A DNA stretch of 64,000 bases from Mobula hypostoma (lineage: Eukaryota): contig NC_086097.1 in the NCBI RefSeq assembly GCF_963921235.1, forward strand, positions 136,216,001 through 136,280,000, in the 5' to 3' direction. Numbering within the stretch: the first letter of the stretch is position 1; every line of letters begins with the position of its first letter. A program made the translations under genes and the position numbers. The notes below the pieces were generated by a model. It ran no database searches and had not been told where the DNA came from. It was given only the letters and a program-made list of their open reading frames with translations. Below, one piece after another: positions 61,676 through 64,000 of the stretch.

Positions 61676-62657
61676 ATATATATATTAATGACTTGGATGA
61701 GGGAATTAAATGCAGCATCTCCAAGTTTGCGGATGACACGAAGCTGGGTGGCAGTGTTAGCAGTGAGGAGGATGCTAAGAGGATGCAGGGTGACTTGGAT
61801 AGGTTGGGTGAGTGGGCAAACTCATGGCAGATGCAATTTAATGTGGATAAATGTGAAGTTATCCACTTTGGTGGCAAAAATAGGAAAACAGATTATTATC
61901 TGAATGGTGGCCGATTAGGAAAAGGGGAGGTGCAACGAGACCTGGGTGTCATTATACACCAGTCATTGAAAGTGGGCATGCAGGTACAGCAGGCGGTGAA
62001 AAAGGCGAACGGTATGCTGGCATTTATAGCGAGAGGATTCGAGTACAGGAGCAGGGAGGTACTACTGCAGTTGTACAAGGCCTTGGTGAGACCACACCTG
62101 GAGTATTGTGTGCAGTTTTGGTCCCCTAATCTGAGGAAAGACATCTTTGCCATAGAGGGAGTACAAAGAAGGTTCACCAGATTGATTCCTGGGATGGCAG
62201 GTCTTTCATATGAAGAAAGACTGGATGAACTGGGCTTGTACTCGTTGGAATTTAGAAGATTGAGGGGGGATCTGATTGAAACGTATAAGATCCTAAAGGG
62301 ATTGGACAGGCTAGATGCAGGAAGATTGTTCCCGATGTTGGGGAGGTCTAGAACGAGGGGTCACAGTTTGAGGATAGAGGGGAAGCCTTTTAGGACCGAG
62401 GTTAGGAAAAACTTCTTCACACAGAGAGTGGTGAATCTGTGGAATTCTCTGCCACAGCAAACTGTTGAGGCCAGTTCATTAGCTATGTTTAAAAGGAAGT
62501 TAGATATGGCCCTTGTGGCTACAGGGGTCAGGGGGTATGGAGGGAAGGCTGGGTTCTGAGTTGGATGATCAGCCATGATCATAATAAATGGCGGTGCAGG
62601 CTCGAAGGGCCGAATGGCCTACTCCTGCACCTATTTTCTATGTTTCTATGTTTCTAT
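61676..62657 (+). mobile_element. Young CR1 3' fragment with uninterrupted RT C-terminal ORF
   Basis: ORF 61693-62559, 288 aa ([33 protein letters not shown]); (ttctatgt)n tail. Confidence 0.96.
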
Positions 62658-62734
62658 ATAACCTAGAGCCCAATGTTCCCTTTTTACCCACAGTCAACAT
62701 TGATTCCTTGAATCAATGAATACCCACAGTCAAC

Positions 62735-63190
62735 AAGGAATGGAAGGGTTATCATATGAGGAACCTTTGATGGCTCTGGGTCTGTTCTCGCTGGAATTTA
62801 GAAGGATGAGGGGGGATCTCATTCAAACCTTTCAAATGTTGAAAGGCCTGGACAGAATAGATGTGGAAAGGACGTTTCCAATGGTGGGAGAGTCTAGGAC
62901 AAGAGGACACAGCTTCTGGATAGAGGGGCGTCCATTCAAAACAGAAATGCGGAGAAATTTCTTTATCCAGAGGGTGGTGAATTTGTGGAATTTGTTGCCA
63001 CATGCAGCTGTGGAGGCCAGGTCGTTGAGCATATATAAGGCAGAGATTAACAGGTTCTTGATTGGACATGGCATCAAAGGTTGGGAAATGGGGTTGAGGA
63101 GGAGAACAAAAAGGATCAGCCATGATTGATTGGTAGAGCAGACTTGATGGGCCAAATGGTCTAATTCTGCTCCTTTCTCCTATGGTCTTG
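62735..63190 (+). mobile_element. CR1 3' fragment
   Basis: ORF 62716-63129 (LFSLEFRRMRGDLIQTF..VVNLWNLLP). Further CR1 3' remnants at about 6980-7140(-), 30340-30790(-), 35400-35780(+), 52480-52990(+). Confidence 0.88.
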
Positions 63191-64000
63191 TGATTCGGAA
63201 TGTGGGAGCTTTCTGAGTGTGCACTTCGATCATTACGGGTTGGCTATGTTCTCATGGTACAGCAAGGACCATAAGGCAATTAGAACAGGAGTAGCAATAC
63301 AGAAATGAAAGTTTTCTTTTCATTCGGAATTCTCAGAAGACTCCTGAACCATGACCTTTCACCTGCATAAATCTTAATTCTAAGACAATATCTCTTTCAG
63401 AATATATTTGTCGTGGTCACTTATTGCATGAGTAATTTCTTAATAAAAGTTTCAAATAAGGCCAGTGTCATTGTGAAAGGCTGTTCCTTTGATGTGGAGT
63501 GGTAAGGATATTGACGTGAGTGCCTCCTTTGTGTGAGAGCTTTCTCGTGAGTGCCATTAGAAACATGAAAGCAAAACTAAATATTCTCTTGTTTCCTGTA
63601 CAAGTCCCACTCCGACTCCCTTTCCCCTGCCTGTGTGCACTGACCAGCTCAAGGAAGTCACTGGCCGGAGACAGAAGGTGGTATATCAAACTTCAGGACA
63701 TTTCCAGGGATATGAAGTCGATGTCCTTAACAAGGCCATAGACTGACTAGTAAGGCTGCTTTCGTGTCTGCAGAGAATGTGGAGTTTAGCAAGACCACAC
63801 AGGCTGTAGCCACCAGCCATTCACAGATACGCAGTAATAAAGGACATGAGTTACTCACTTTACAAAATGTTCATGTTTGACAATTCATCAGAGCTATTAG
63901 TGGGAGCCTGACCTTGTTCTGGCTGACTCTGGGAATCAATCTCCAGGGCCCTGACACTCAGTCTAATCTCCCCCAACCTCAGAAAGTGATGGCCGTGCAC

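Overview
Eukaryotic, repeat-saturated vertebrate DNA; the repeat mix (CR1/HER1-like LINEs, HE1/V-SINE-like tRNA SINEs, Deu-domain SINE remnants, Rex1/Babar LINEs) points to a cartilaginous fish, probably a ray (inference). I recognise no host exon; the window looks intronic or intergenic, and every recognisable ORF is transposon-derived. Contents: many CR1 and Rex1/Babar fragments, an R4/Dong-type RLE LINE, an L1 3' fragment, a decayed Sushi-like Ty3/Gypsy element holding a nested, internally deleted GalEa-type Copia element, a palindromic mariner MITE, two hAT MITEs and two RTE-derived non-autonomous elements. The most striking signal is a family of Penelope-like (GIY-YIG) elements and very short (about 90-250 bp) non-coding derivatives. 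They carry a minimal hammerhead ribozyme motif (gtc-CTGAYGA-agggtc..ggccc-GAAAC-GTC-gac). At least nine copies have 12-15 bp target-site duplications, several have inverted arms starting at one fixed point, and several are 5'-truncated at the hammerhead start. Repeat boundaries are read by eye and approximate unless a TSD is quoted.
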